NCBI GenBank assembly: GCA_964514595.1
Contig: CAZEQZ010000001.1
Span: forward strand, 331,847 to 395,846
Source: an uncultured Candidatus Saccharibacteria bacterium
Lineage (GTDB): Bacteria > Patescibacteriota > Dojkabacteria > SC72
Direction of reading: 5' to 3'
DNA length: 64,000 nucleotides
Position numbers and translations under genes: made by a program. Below the pieces are notes generated by a model, which saw nothing but the letters and a program-made list of their open reading frames with translations, made no database searches and had not been told where the DNA came from. Of this stretch, positions 39,040-47,936 are shown one piece after another (the first letter of the stretch is position 1; every line of letters begins with the position of its first letter).

Positions 39040-40131
39040 TTATCTGTTATTAAATTGAATACTCTCGATTATGGCATTGTTACTATTGTAGGCAGTGATA
39101 GATGCGTAGGTTGAATATATCCTAGCTACAATATATCCAATTGATGGTTGTCCACTTAATGTAAAGTAGTTAATTCCATTACTTGTAGAATGACTGTATG
39201 AATGTACATGTCCTGCTACAACGAAATCAACACCATAGTTGATTAAATGTGAAGATATTGTACTTGCAAATGTAGGATGATGATACATAACTCCTGTTAT
39301 TCTACTTTGTGAATTACTGCTCTGTAGATCACTAATTAACCAGTTTAGTTGCGCAGAACTTCCTCTTGCAAATGCACTATCTAGTACAATTAAATGAAGA
39401 TTCCCATAATTGACGGAGTACCATCTCTCATTGTTAGGAAATACAAAATTATCTAAGAATAGTTGAGATGGAGTACTTGAATCACCCACTTGCCTATCAT
39501 TATTTCCCAAAGCTGCATAGAAGATTCTTGTAGATCTCAACGTAGCTGTTACTGAATTGAACCTATCTAAACTTGCTTGAGTACCATCTTCCATTACATC
39601 TCCTGCATGAAATACAGGATTAGCACCAGAAGATAATATGTAGTTCACTACTTTCTGATGATTTAAATCTTCTTGATCAGTATCTGATTGTGTATCCGCA
39701 TAGAATGCAACAACTGCACTAGGAGATTCTGGAGGTGATGGTATAGGCTCTGGGTCTGGTATAGGTTCATCTGGAGGAATTTGTTCCTCCTGTTGTATGT
39801 TAGAAGTATCAACATCCTTCGATTCTTCAATGCTTGATGGAGTATTAGCTCTTTTAGAGGAGTTGTTAGGAGTGTTAATTGTATCTTCTTCTTCGTTCTC
39901 CTTAATTTCTGCATCAGGAGCTGGTTTAGTTTCTTTCCCATTATCATCCTTATTTATTTCTACAAGGGTTTCGTTTGAACTATTCTCTGTTGTTTTGATG
40001 TAATTTGAGAATACAAAAGTTCCCAATATACTTAATGAGAGAATAAGGGCGAGAAAAAGTTTAAAGAGATATTTGTTGTTTATAAGGTTCTTTAGATTGT
40101 TTTTTAATCTTTCCGAATATTTGAGCTCCAT
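39040..40131 (-). CDS. Membrane-anchored calcineurin-like metallophosphoesterase
   Basis: ADTQ, HAGDV, LGNND (GNHD variant), HHP, AGHVH; TM segment and Pro/Glu linker. Confidence 0.85.
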   Translation of the reverse strand: MELKYSERLKNNLKNLINNKYLFKLFLALILSLSILGTFVFSNYIKTTENSSNETLVEINKDDNGKETKPAPDAEIKENEEEDTINTPNNSSKRANTPSSIEESKDVDTSNIQQEEQIPPDEPIPDPEPIPSPPESPSAVVAFYADTQSDTDQEDLNHQKVVNYILSSGANPVFHAGDVMEDGTQASLDRFNSVTATLRSTRIFYAALGNNDRQVGDSSTPSQLFLDNFVFPNNERWYSVNYGNLHLIVLDSAFARGSSAQLNWLISDLQSSNSQSRITGVMYHHPTFASTISSHLINYGVDFVVAGHVHSYSHSTSNGINYFTLSGQPSIGYIVARIYSTYASITAYNSNNAIIESIQFNNR

Positions 40132-40213
40132 TTCTAGATTCAGTATATATATGAATATGTATAGGGTCAATTATGGGGGTATTGTTAGAATATATTGAAA
40201 GTGTTTTATCCTG

Positions 40214-40254
40214 AAAAAAGCACCCAGAGGATACAAATAAACACTATGGGGTGC
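40214..40254 (-). terminator. Intrinsic terminator overlapping a CCCCATAGT motif
   Basis: Minus strand GCACCC...GGGTGC followed by TTTTTT. Confidence 0.55.
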
Positions 40255-40283
40255 AAGTGGGTGTTGGGGGAAATTTAGTAAAA
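40243..40283 (+). repeat. Degenerate array repeat R4
   Basis: ACTATGGGGTGCAAGTGGGTGTTGGGGGAAATTTAGT; exact 9-mer core, gapped similarity to R1. Confidence 0.5.
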
Positions 40284-40292
40284 ATAGATTCT

Positions 40293-40688
40293 TTATTTAG
40301 TTAATTCTGTACATTTGAATGTATTAACTTTTCTGCCATTTGAAATACCTTGATCAGAGAATGAACAACCTGTACCACAGGAATAGTCCCAGTTTCCTTC
40401 CTTTAAATCTTTCTTGTCTGCTTCCTTTTTTGCCCATTCACGACATTCTTCTAGTGTTTTAAACTGTCCATCATCAATAATAGAATGAGAACCAGAATAC
40501 CACATAGAGCCGTACCAAGGATATTTTAAATCATGTTCCTCATCTTTCTCCATAGCAAGGTTAATCAAAAATCCTACGAAAATAATACCTACGACATATT
40601 TTAATAGGGTTAAACAACCTGTAGCAACCTTCTTTTTAGTGGAGATTTCTTCTTTAGGTTCATCTACAAAGTATGTATGATTATTCAT
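40293..40688 (-). CDS. Hypothetical single-TM protein with Cys-containing outer domain
   Basis: F.TLEECREWA...YSCGTGC; start at ATG 40688. Confidence 0.7.
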   Translation of the reverse strand: MNNHTYFVDEPKEEISTKKKVATGCLTLLKYVVGIIFVGFLINLAMEKDEEHDLKYPWYGSMWYSGSHSIIDDGQFKTLEECREWAKKEADKKDLKEGNWDYSCGTGCSFSDQGISNGRKVNTFKCTELTK

Positions 40689-40742
40689 ACTTATTAATAA
40701 TAACACAGAAGAATATATACTTTAATAGTAGTGTAAAATCTA

Positions 40743-40771
40743 GGGGTTAATGGTAGATAAAGTTTAGAAAC
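40743..40771 (+). repeat. Degenerate array repeat R3
   Basis: GGGGTTAATGGTAGATAAAGTTTAGAAAC, 23/29 identical to 42981-43009; all six mismatches are transitions. Confidence 0.6.
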
Positions 40772-40840
40772 TTAATACAAAATACTAATCTTATATTACA
40801 CTAGGTAAATAACTTTTTATCAATTTGTTATAATCACCAT

Positions 40841-41611
40841 ATGGAACAACAAGAAATACCATTTTCATCAGGAGAATCTAATAGAAATGTTGTAAAAGTA
40901 GGAGATACTGTAAGAAAAGAACCAGCTGAAAATTGTGAATTTGTTAGAAAGGTAATGACTGAATTAACAAATAACAATTTTAATTATTCTCCTAAGTACT
41001 TAGGTGTAGATGACAAAGGTAGGGAGATAATGACATATGTAGAAGGAGAACAAATGAATCACACTGAAATATCATTAGATTTAATGAAACAAACATTTGG
41101 TGCCTTAAGACAGTTTCATGATATTTTCTCAAAGTCTGAACTGAAAGGAGCTGAAGAGACTTTAATACATACGGATTTTGCACCGTGGAATTTAATTGTA
41201 AAAGATAATAAGTTAGTTGGGGTACTTGATTTTGATGATGTTAAACCTGGAAGAAGAATCTCTGATGTAGCATATGTATGTTGGACCTTTTTAGATATTG
41301 GTTCTACTGATTCAAATTTCACAGAGGAAGAGGTATATAGATATCTTCAAGATCTTATAAAGGCATATGGGTATATAGATACTTCTGATTTTGTAGATGT
41401 ATTACTTTTGGAACAAAATAGAATTTTAAAATATCGAGAAGGAAGAGTTGAGGAAGTTGAAGAAGGGGATGAGAAGGAATATAGAAAAGTATTATGTGAA
41501 GAGATTAGAAAGGAGATAGAATGGGTTAAAAGAAATAGAGAGAACATAGATAGAGCTTTGGGAGGTAATAATGGGGTGGATGATACAAGATCTCTGGAAA
41601 TTTCTTCTTAA
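40841..41611 (+). CDS. Aminoglycoside phosphotransferase / choline kinase-like protein
   Basis: HTDFAPWN (Brenner motif) and LDFD; P.YLGVDDKGRE. Confidence 0.85.
   Translation: MEQQEIPFSSGESNRNVVKVGDTVRKEPAENCEFVRKVMTELTNNNFNYSPKYLGVDDKGREIMTYVEGEQMNHTEISLDLMKQTFGALRQFHDIFSKSELKGAEETLIHTDFAPWNLIVKDNKLVGVLDFDDVKPGRRISDVAYVCWTFLDIGSTDSNFTEEEVYRYLQDLIKAYGYIDTSDFVDVLLLEQNRILKYREGRVEEVEEGDEKEYRKVLCEEIRKEIEWVKRNRENIDRALGGNNGVDDTRSLEISS
41571..41584 (+). repeat. Array repeat R2: exact copy of the tRNA-His 3' end
   Basis: ATGGGGTGGATGAT identical (14/14) to 43554-43567. Confidence 0.7.
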
Positions 41612-41639
41612 AAATTGATTAAAAGGAACAAGAATTGCC

Positions 41640-41689
41640 GATAGGGGTTATATATAAAAATGCAGAAAGTTCTGCTTATAACCCCTATC
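41640..41689. terminator. Perfect 13-bp inverted repeat with internal hairpin between convergent genes
   Basis: GATAGGGGTTATA / TATAACCCCTATC with inner GCAGAA/TTCTGC; a second imperfect hairpin lies at about 41708-41760. Confidence 0.65.
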
Positions 41690-41762
41690 TGCCAAATATT
41701 AAATTTGGACTTTTCCTATTTCAGAGATTCATTTTTAATTGAAATACCAGGAAGGAAGTCAC

Positions 41763-42857
41763 CTAGGGAACAGAAATTAGGAAATTTCCTAAATCACTTG
41801 TATACAAGGGTAATTTCCCGTCCCAGTTACTCCATTTTATGTAATCAATGAGACTTCCACTTATGGAGTTAGCAAGTATTTTATTTGCTTCGGCTTGAGC
41901 TTCTGCTTCAACTAAAATTGAAGCTGCCTTGGCTTCTGCTTGCTTAATAGCAACTTGCTTTTGACCTTCGGCAGTAGCAACTGATTGTTTTGCTTCTGCT
42001 TCTTTGACTGCAATTTCCTGTTCTGCCACTTTTGCGTTTTCCTGGGCTACAAGAGCATTGTTAAGACTTATTTCGAGGTCACCATTTATTCCAAGCTGAG
42101 GTTTTCTGAATCCGAACATAATTAACTCAAGCCCGCCCTGTCGCATGATTATTTCTAGTTCCTCTGTTACAGAACTGTCAACATTGTCTACTTCCAAATA
42201 GAGCTTCTTTGCATCAAATTCTTGAGCTTTTTGGCGTGTTATAACCCTAGCTGGGAATTTAACAGATTGGGATATTGCATTTGCAAGTGTTCCATATCTT
42301 TCATAAACAGTTAAAGCTTGTTCAGGAACAAGTCTTCCTTGAATTGTATATGTTAAACTCGCTTGTGCACCATTCTGTGTAATCAGTGTCGTTGGGAAAT
42401 CGCGATAATCTTCGTTTCCGCTTGATGGATTGAGCATTGTCGCGTAAGTCCAGTCCCGAGTGCTAAAAAGTACTATTCTGTCAACATACGGAATTACGGT
42501 ATTTAGTCCTGGATTCCTTACTTCGATTGCTTTACCCATGCGAACCAAGACACCAACTTCTCCCTGATCAATAGATATAAAGCTTCCAATCATAAGTGAC
42601 ATTACGCTACAAACAATGATTGTCAAATATATGAGCAATTTTTTGTTTTTAATTTCTAATCCACTTATTGCCCATATTGCGATACCAATAACTACTAAAA
42701 ACCCTAGCGCAACAAATGGGCTAGATCCAGCAGTTTTGGTATTAAGTGTGGATTCAATATAATCTTGTTGAGCTGCTTGAGATACAATTTCTGCAGCAGG
42801 AGCACAACTAACAAGTAGTGCAAGTAAAACAATAATCCAAAATCTTTTTGTTTTCAT
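41763..42857 (-). CDS. SPFH/band-7 (prohibitin-like) protein with lipobox-like N-terminus
   Basis: GEVGV..RMGK, PGL...IPYVD, Ala/Glu coiled coil, WDGKLP; LLVSC; SD GAGGAG. Confidence 0.9.
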   Translation of the reverse strand: MKTKRFWIIVLLALLVSCAPAAEIVSQAAQQDYIESTLNTKTAGSSPFVALGFLVVIGIAIWAISGLEIKNKKLLIYLTIIVCSVMSLMIGSFISIDQGEVGVLVRMGKAIEVRNPGLNTVIPYVDRIVLFSTRDWTYATMLNPSSGNEDYRDFPTTLITQNGAQASLTYTIQGRLVPEQALTVYERYGTLANAISQSVKFPARVITRQKAQEFDAKKLYLEVDNVDSSVTEELEIIMRQGGLELIMFGFRKPQLGINGDLEISLNNALVAQENAKVAEQEIAVKEAEAKQSVATAEGQKQVAIKQAEAKAASILVEAEAQAEANKILANSISGSLIDYIKWSNWDGKLPLYTSDLGNFLISVP

Positions 42858-42967
42858 TTTTTCTCCTCATTTATTATTTTGAAGTCCGAAATAGGATTTT
42901 TAAAGATCATCAGAGAAATAATATATATTTCATTGATGTGCTAATTATACAAAAAAACAAGCGAGAT

Positions 42968-43009
42968 TACTATGGGATGTGGGGTCGATGGTGGGTAGAG
43001 TTTAGGAAC
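42968..43009 (+). repeat. Array repeat R1: degenerate copy of the tRNA-His 3' end and trailer
   Basis: 42968-42995 is 24/28 identical to 43543-43570. Confidence 0.8.
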
Positions 43010-43065
43010 AGTTTTTATGGAATAAATGGTGTTAATAATACTATGAAATTAATCATATAAAAAAG

Positions 43066-43111
43066 AAAATAACTAGGATAATGATTTTTGATGGTTCACC
43101 ATCCTAGTTAT
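43066..43111 (-). terminator. Intrinsic terminator of the 43152-43457 gene
   Basis: ATAACTAGGATGGTGA...TCATTATCCTAGTTAT followed by a T-tract on the minus strand. Confidence 0.75.
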
Positions 43112-43151
43112 AATGTAAAAGAGCCTTAATTCATTGAATTCGAATAACTAT

Positions 43152-43457
43152 TTAATCACTAAATACGTCTTCGAGTTCCTCGAATAATTGATGTAAGCCT
43201 GGTCCAGGACATTCGTCCTTAAGTGAACAGTTCTCACAATCTGGCTCTTCTTCGGGTTGCAGCATATCCCAAAGTTGGTTGAGGGCCAATGGGAGTTCTT
43301 CTGCATCTACAGCGGCGCGAAAGGTATTTTCGCCCTGGTCATTCTCACCAATTATTGCAAAAGTTTTTGGTCTTTTGGGAATTCTGTGAGTAACAACCTT
43401 TCGAGCTAGTTCCACGCCTTCACCTTGAAAAACTTGATTTCCAATCTTGATTTTCAT
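43152..43457 (-). CDS. Orphan protein with C-terminal CxxC-x5-C motif
   Basis: SD AAGGAG, own promoter and terminator, visibly higher GC. Confidence 0.75.
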   Translation of the reverse strand: MKIKIGNQVFQGEGVELARKVVTHRIPKRPKTFAIIGENDQGENTFRAAVDAEELPLALNQLWDMLQPEEEPDCENCSLKDECPGPGLHQLFEELEDVFSD

Positions 43458-43513
43458 CTTTTCTCCTTTAAAGAACGATTTGGATTATGGACAGAAGTCC
43501 ACTGTATAAAGCA

Positions 43514-43552
43514 ATTATATCAAATATAATAAAGAGGGACAATACTATGGGG
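43514..43552 (-). promoter_or_regulatory. CCCCATAGTA immediately upstream of a sigma70 promoter
   Basis: Minus strand CCCCATAGTA-TTGTCC-17 bp-TATAAT. Confidence 0.7.
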
Positions 43553-43554
43553 TA

Positions 43555-43632
43555 TGGGGTGGATGATGGGCTTTGAACCCACAACCCTCGGTTCCACAAA
43601 CCGATGCTCTAACCAATTGAGCTACATCCACC
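43555..43632 (-). tRNA. tRNA-His (GUG)
   Basis: G(-1)-GTGGATG acceptor, GCTC/GAGC D stem, TCGGT-TT-GTG-GA-ACCGA anticodon arm, TTCAAAG T loop, C discriminator and encoded CCA. Confidence 0.97.
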
Positions 43633-43661
43633 ATAAATAACAAGGTAATTATACTACATAA

Positions 43662-43946
43662 CTACTCTACTTTAGTAGGAAAGAACTCTCCTTCTTTCTT
43701 CTCAGCCCTATCTCCCTCATTCCATTGATCGTAATATTTGCTATCTGCTGTAGTAAATCTCTTCTTCTTTCCCTCTTCTGTCTTAAATACTATTGTATAA
43801 CTAGGAGAATTCTCATAATCCCCTGGAGAATACCTCTTCTTTATGACTTCTCCCTTCCATACTTCCTTCCTCTTTTTAGCTACCCACCATACCATTATTC
43901 CAACTATTACAACAACAAGAATAATACTATATACATACTCTGGCAT
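43662..43946 (-). CDS. Small single-TM hypothetical protein
   Basis: TM segment + WKGEVIKK...W.EGD..EK..GE..P; start at MPEY. Confidence 0.7.
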   Translation of the reverse strand: MPEYVYSIILVVVIVGIMVWWVAKKRKEVWKGEVIKKRYSPGDYENSPSYTIVFKTEEGKKKRFTTADSKYYDQWNEGDRAEKKEGEFFPTKVE

Positions 43947-43957
43947 ATATTTATATA

Positions 43958-44518
43958 TTAATAATTTAATATTGCACACTCACATCCTTTATTATTATAT
44001 TCCATAATCTCTAGTATCTCCTCTACCATACTCTTCCCAAAGGCATTTAAAAAGTTATATGGACACTCATACAGCTTACTTCTACTATTATTAATTCTTA
44101 AATTAAAATACATACCGCTTACTCTTCCTAGCGCATCTCCTTTTGTGACATATTCTCCTAAAAATACCGAATAGTTGGAAATAGGATAATGTTCTATATA
44201 TACATTAGGCTCTATCTCTATTGATATCACATTATCATCCACACTATTAACTATACCCGTAGCAGAAGAATAGACTGTTGTGTCTTCCCCTACCTCAAAT
44301 GTTAATGCCGTATTATCGTCTTTACAGAAAGGTATTATACCTTCCCCTGTGTATCTAAGGTTTCTTTTTTGTAGGGGAAATTCAAGAAATACATCACTTT
44401 TACCCAACGTACTCTTATTGTTATTAGGTGCTATTACAAATGCATATATTATGGTGGCAAAAAATCCAACACCCATGAGAAGGAAGAGTACTATAGATCT
44501 ACCTCTGTTTTCATCCAT
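43958..44518 (-). CDS. M23-peptidase-like (degenerate) membrane-anchored protein
   Basis: TVYSSATGIV, V.LGEYVTKGD.LG fold pattern; Zn-ligand motifs absent. Confidence 0.55.
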   Translation of the reverse strand: MDENRGRSIVLFLLMGVGFFATIIYAFVIAPNNNKSTLGKSDVFLEFPLQKRNLRYTGEGIIPFCKDDNTALTFEVGEDTTVYSSATGIVNSVDDNVISIEIEPNVYIEHYPISNYSVFLGEYVTKGDALGRVSGMYFNLRINNSRSKLYECPYNFLNAFGKSMVEEILEIMEYNNKGCECAILNY

Positions 44519-44543
44519 AGGTATATTGTAGAACAAATTTCAA

Positions 44544-46331
44544 CTATTTTACAGTAACAGATTTTGCTAGATTCCTAGGTTTATCTATACTATTACCTAA
44601 TTCTAAAGAAAGAAAATATGATATTAATTGAAAAGGTATTACGTTAGATATACTACTCAATGTATTTATTTGAGGTGTAGGTATGAAATCATCAAATATG
44701 TCTAATTTAGAGTATTCAGAGCTCCCTATGCCGATTGTATGAGCTCCCCTGGCCTTTACCTGCTCCATAGCACTAATTATATCCTTATTATCATCTGTAT
44801 GTTCATTAGAAGGTACTATACCTATTACAGGAGTACCCTTCTCTATCAATGCTATAACTCCATGCTTAAGTTCCCCTGCAGAAAAGCCCTCTACATGCTT
44901 ATACGATATTTCCTTAATCTTAAGTGCACCCTCAAGCGCTATAAAGGAGTTTTCTCCTTTTCCTAGAATAAAGAAGTGTTCATATTTTTTAATGTTCTTG
45001 CATATCTGTTGTATATATTTAAATGTAGAGGGCTTAAATATATCTTTAAGAGAGTTAGAAAGCTCCTTTAATTTTCTCTGTGCAGTTCTGTGCTTTCCTA
45101 TGAGTGACATAGCTACTAAATATCCCCATGCAGTTTGAGATGTGAAGACTTTGGTGGAAGCTACACATATTTCAGGTCCTGCGTTGGTGTAGTATTCATA
45201 ATCTGACATTCTAGATATTGTAGTACCGTACATATTAACAATACTCGCTATCTTGCACCCTCTTTTCTTAAATACTTCCAAAGGCTCAATAGTATCTGCT
45301 GTCTCTCCACTTTGTGAAATTGCTAATATTAGATCTTTAGTAGAGAGAATTGGTAGGTAGCTTCTAAATTCGTAACTTTTTATCTCCTGTGCATCTATTC
45401 CTGCAATTGTTCTTAAAAAGTATGCTATCTGTCCTGCAGCATACCCAGCTGTACCTGCACCTAATATATATACCTTCCTAGATTTTTTAATAGCATCTAA
45501 TATTGGTTGGAGCTCCTTAAGAGTATACTGTGTAGCAAATAGAATTGTTTTCTGTTGCTCTACAATCTCTTTTAACATATAGTGGGCATATTTACCCTTA
45601 GATATATCCTCATACTGATACTTTAGTTCCTTTATTTGAGGTGATACTTTCTTGCCTGTTTTAATATTCGTGATATTAAATTTCTTCCCCTCAATCTCCA
45701 CCATTTCATAATCATCAAGTACGACGATCTTTTTAGTATACGGGGAGAAGGAAAGTGAATCAGATGCCAGATATGTTCCATCTTTTCCTATTCCCACAAC
45801 CAAGGGAGAGCCATTTTTAATTGCATATATTTTCCCTGATTGAGAATCTATTAATGCAACTGTATTTCTTCCTTCTAAGGTTTTGAATACATTTATAAAT
45901 GATTGTTTAAGGGTATTTCCTTTCTTAATCTCTCTTTCTATTAATTTAACAATAACTTCAGTATCTGTTTGAGATTTAAATACATATTTCTCCCTCTTTA
46001 ATTCTTTTTTAAGTTGATCAAAATTCTCCACGATACCATTCTGTACCAAAGTGAAGTCCTTGGATGTGGAGATATGGGGATGGGCGTTTGTTTTTGTAAC
46101 GCCACCGTGTGTAGCCCATCTGGTATGTCCTATTCCAATATTACTCTTAGGAAGCTTTGTTAAATTGGTATCCTTTTTAACAAGCCCTATGTTTTTGTAT
46201 TGATATATCTTCTTTCCATTCAATACTGCAACTCCCCAAGAATCATATCCTCTGTATTCCAATCTCTTGAGTCCTTCAAATACTAAATTGTTTGCAACAT
46301 TAGATCCAGTGTAGCCAAAAATACCGCACAT
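44544..46331 (-). CDS. glmS: Glutamine--fructose-6-phosphate aminotransferase
   Basis: MCGIFG, LEYRGYDS, GHTRWATHG, SQSGETAD, PRNLAKSVT. Confidence 0.98.
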   Translation of the reverse strand: MCGIFGYTGSNVANNLVFEGLKRLEYRGYDSWGVAVLNGKKIYQYKNIGLVKKDTNLTKLPKSNIGIGHTRWATHGGVTKTNAHPHISTSKDFTLVQNGIVENFDQLKKELKREKYVFKSQTDTEVIVKLIEREIKKGNTLKQSFINVFKTLEGRNTVALIDSQSGKIYAIKNGSPLVVGIGKDGTYLASDSLSFSPYTKKIVVLDDYEMVEIEGKKFNITNIKTGKKVSPQIKELKYQYEDISKGKYAHYMLKEIVEQQKTILFATQYTLKELQPILDAIKKSRKVYILGAGTAGYAAGQIAYFLRTIAGIDAQEIKSYEFRSYLPILSTKDLILAISQSGETADTIEPLEVFKKRGCKIASIVNMYGTTISRMSDYEYYTNAGPEICVASTKVFTSQTAWGYLVAMSLIGKHRTAQRKLKELSNSLKDIFKPSTFKYIQQICKNIKKYEHFFILGKGENSFIALEGALKIKEISYKHVEGFSAGELKHGVIALIEKGTPVIGIVPSNEHTDDNKDIISAMEQVKARGAHTIGIGSSEYSKLDIFDDFIPTPQINTLSSISNVIPFQLISYFLSLELGNSIDKPRNLAKSVTVK

Positions 46332-46362
46332 AGTAGTAGTTGTTAATTTTATATTCTTAGGG

Positions 46363-46486
46363 ATTGGTGGTTAGAGTTTGTTTATTTGTAACTAACCTTT
46401 AGGCTAACAATATAGCCTAGGAGTGCCCGCTGATGGCTCGATAGCTCCTGCCTCGTAACAATATCCTTGGTATTGCCCAGCCGCTT
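46363..46486 (-). ncRNA. glmS ribozyme (variant core)
   Basis: Minus strand AGCGGCTGG-P1(GGCAATA/TATTGTT)-ACGAGG-CAGGAG-CTATCGAGCCATCAGCGGGCA-CTCCT, then AGGCTA/TAGCCT and GGTTAG/CTAACC stems; located in the glmS 5' UTR. Confidence 0.88.
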
Positions 46487-46554
46487 CTATGTTAAATAAC
46501 CCTTCGTATATATTACAGGATAGATTTTTGAGGTCAAGTGATATATATTAGAAT

Positions 46555-47235
46555 ATGTTTGGTTTAAATATCTTTAAGAGTAGCTCATCTTCCTTCTATG
46601 ACTTCTATAAAAGGATGGTGAAATGGAGGGAGAGTAATGTATATCCATTTTCATATAATCTTCCTTCTACTATTTCTTTTCCCGATTATTTTTGGAAAGA
46701 CGTAATTGGTGTATATAAGGATACTTTAAAGGATGGTCTTGAAAGAGCAGTATCTGTATTTTGGGTAGATGGAGAATTAGTAGTGACATCTATTGTTAAG
46801 GGTGATGAAAAATCTGTTAAATCGAATCACAATTTGAATGTTAAATACTCACCCCATCCAACTAGAAGAGGATATTTAAGAAAAGAGGTATATTTAAATG
46901 AGAAGCTATTAAAAAGGAAGGATGTATATCATAAAAATGTTCCTAAGAAAGTTGTTGTAGAATATCTTTTTAATATGCATACGCATCCTAAAAATAGTAA
47001 TACAGAAACAGTATCCTACTCTTTCTTTTCAAAACAGGATGTGTCATCTTTACTCTCGTCTGGAGCCATTATTTCCGGATTAGTAACAGACAGATTATGG
47101 CTTTTAGTTAGAACTAGCGAATCACCTAGTTCACCAGTATTAGAGGACGAACAAATATCGGTTGAAACGTTAAAAGATCAGATGAAATTTACCATATACG
47201 AGGCTGAGTTTAATAATAAGGCAATCAGAAAATGA
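46555..47235 (+). CDS. Hypothetical protein with JAB/MPN-like metal motif
   Basis: ER...MHTHP...FSKQD. Confidence 0.55.
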   Translation: MFGLNIFKSSSSSFYDFYKRMVKWRESNVYPFSYNLPSTISFPDYFWKDVIGVYKDTLKDGLERAVSVFWVDGELVVTSIVKGDEKSVKSNHNLNVKYSPHPTRRGYLRKEVYLNEKLLKRKDVYHKNVPKKVVVEYLFNMHTHPKNSNTETVSYSFFSKQDVSSLLSSGAIISGLVTDRLWLLVRTSESPSSPVLEDEQISVETLKDQMKFTIYEAEFNNKAIRK

Positions 47236-47936
47236 TTAGGGAAGATATATTAGCGGACTTCAAAAAAGTTTCATCAAAAGAGAAAGCTCAGATACTTCAA
47301 CGTTTCTTTAAAACAGGTAAAGGAGAGTATGGAGAGGGAGATATATTTATAGGGGTAGTTGTTCCTGAGATTAGAAAATTGTGCAAAAAATATTACAAAG
47401 AGCTATCATTCAACAACTTGGACTATTTTATGCATAGCAAGATACATGAACATAGACTATTTGCGATACTATGTCTGACATATAAATACGAAAAGGCTGA
47501 TGAGTATGAACAGAGGAGAATTTTTGACTACTATCTTAAGAATACAAAATATATTAACAATTGGGATCTGGTAGATCTATCAGCACCTAAGATTGTGGGG
47601 AGATATTTAAAGGATAAGGATAGAGATATTCTATATAAATTAGTAAAAAGTAATAGTTTATGGGAGCAAAGAGTAGCTGTATTGGCAACAGCTTCATTCA
47701 TATACGATCATGACTTTAAAGACATTTTAAGATTCTCTGAAATGCTAATTAATCATAAGCATGATTTAATACATAAGGCTGTAGGATGGATGTTAAGAGA
47801 GGTTGGGAAGAAAGATCTTAATGTATTAAGAAAATTTCTCAACAAATATGCTACTAAAATGCCCAGAACAATGCTGAGATACTCTATAGAGAAGTTTGAT
47901 AAGGAAGAAAGGCTCATGTATTTGAAGAAATCCTAA
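47232..47936 (+). CDS. AlkD-family DNA alkylation repair protein
   Basis: FFKTGKGEYGEGD.F.G, NNWDLVD, HKAVGWMLRE, MPRTMLRYSIE. Confidence 0.9.
   Translation: MIREDILADFKKVSSKEKAQILQRFFKTGKGEYGEGDIFIGVVVPEIRKLCKKYYKELSFNNLDYFMHSKIHEHRLFAILCLTYKYEKADEYEQRRIFDYYLKNTKYINNWDLVDLSAPKIVGRYLKDKDRDILYKLVKSNSLWEQRVAVLATASFIYDHDFKDILRFSEMLINHKHDLIHKAVGWMLREVGKKDLNVLRKFLNKYATKMPRTMLRYSIEKFDKEERLMYLKKS

Noticed and set aside
40169-40196. ATTATGGGGGTATTGTTAGAA as an additional array repeat
   Set aside because: Only weak similarity and no gene between it and R4; not counted.
40243-43570. Repeat array as a CRISPR
   Set aside because: Spacers are 0.5-1.4 kb genes, the repeats are degenerate and tRNA-derived, and there are no cas genes.
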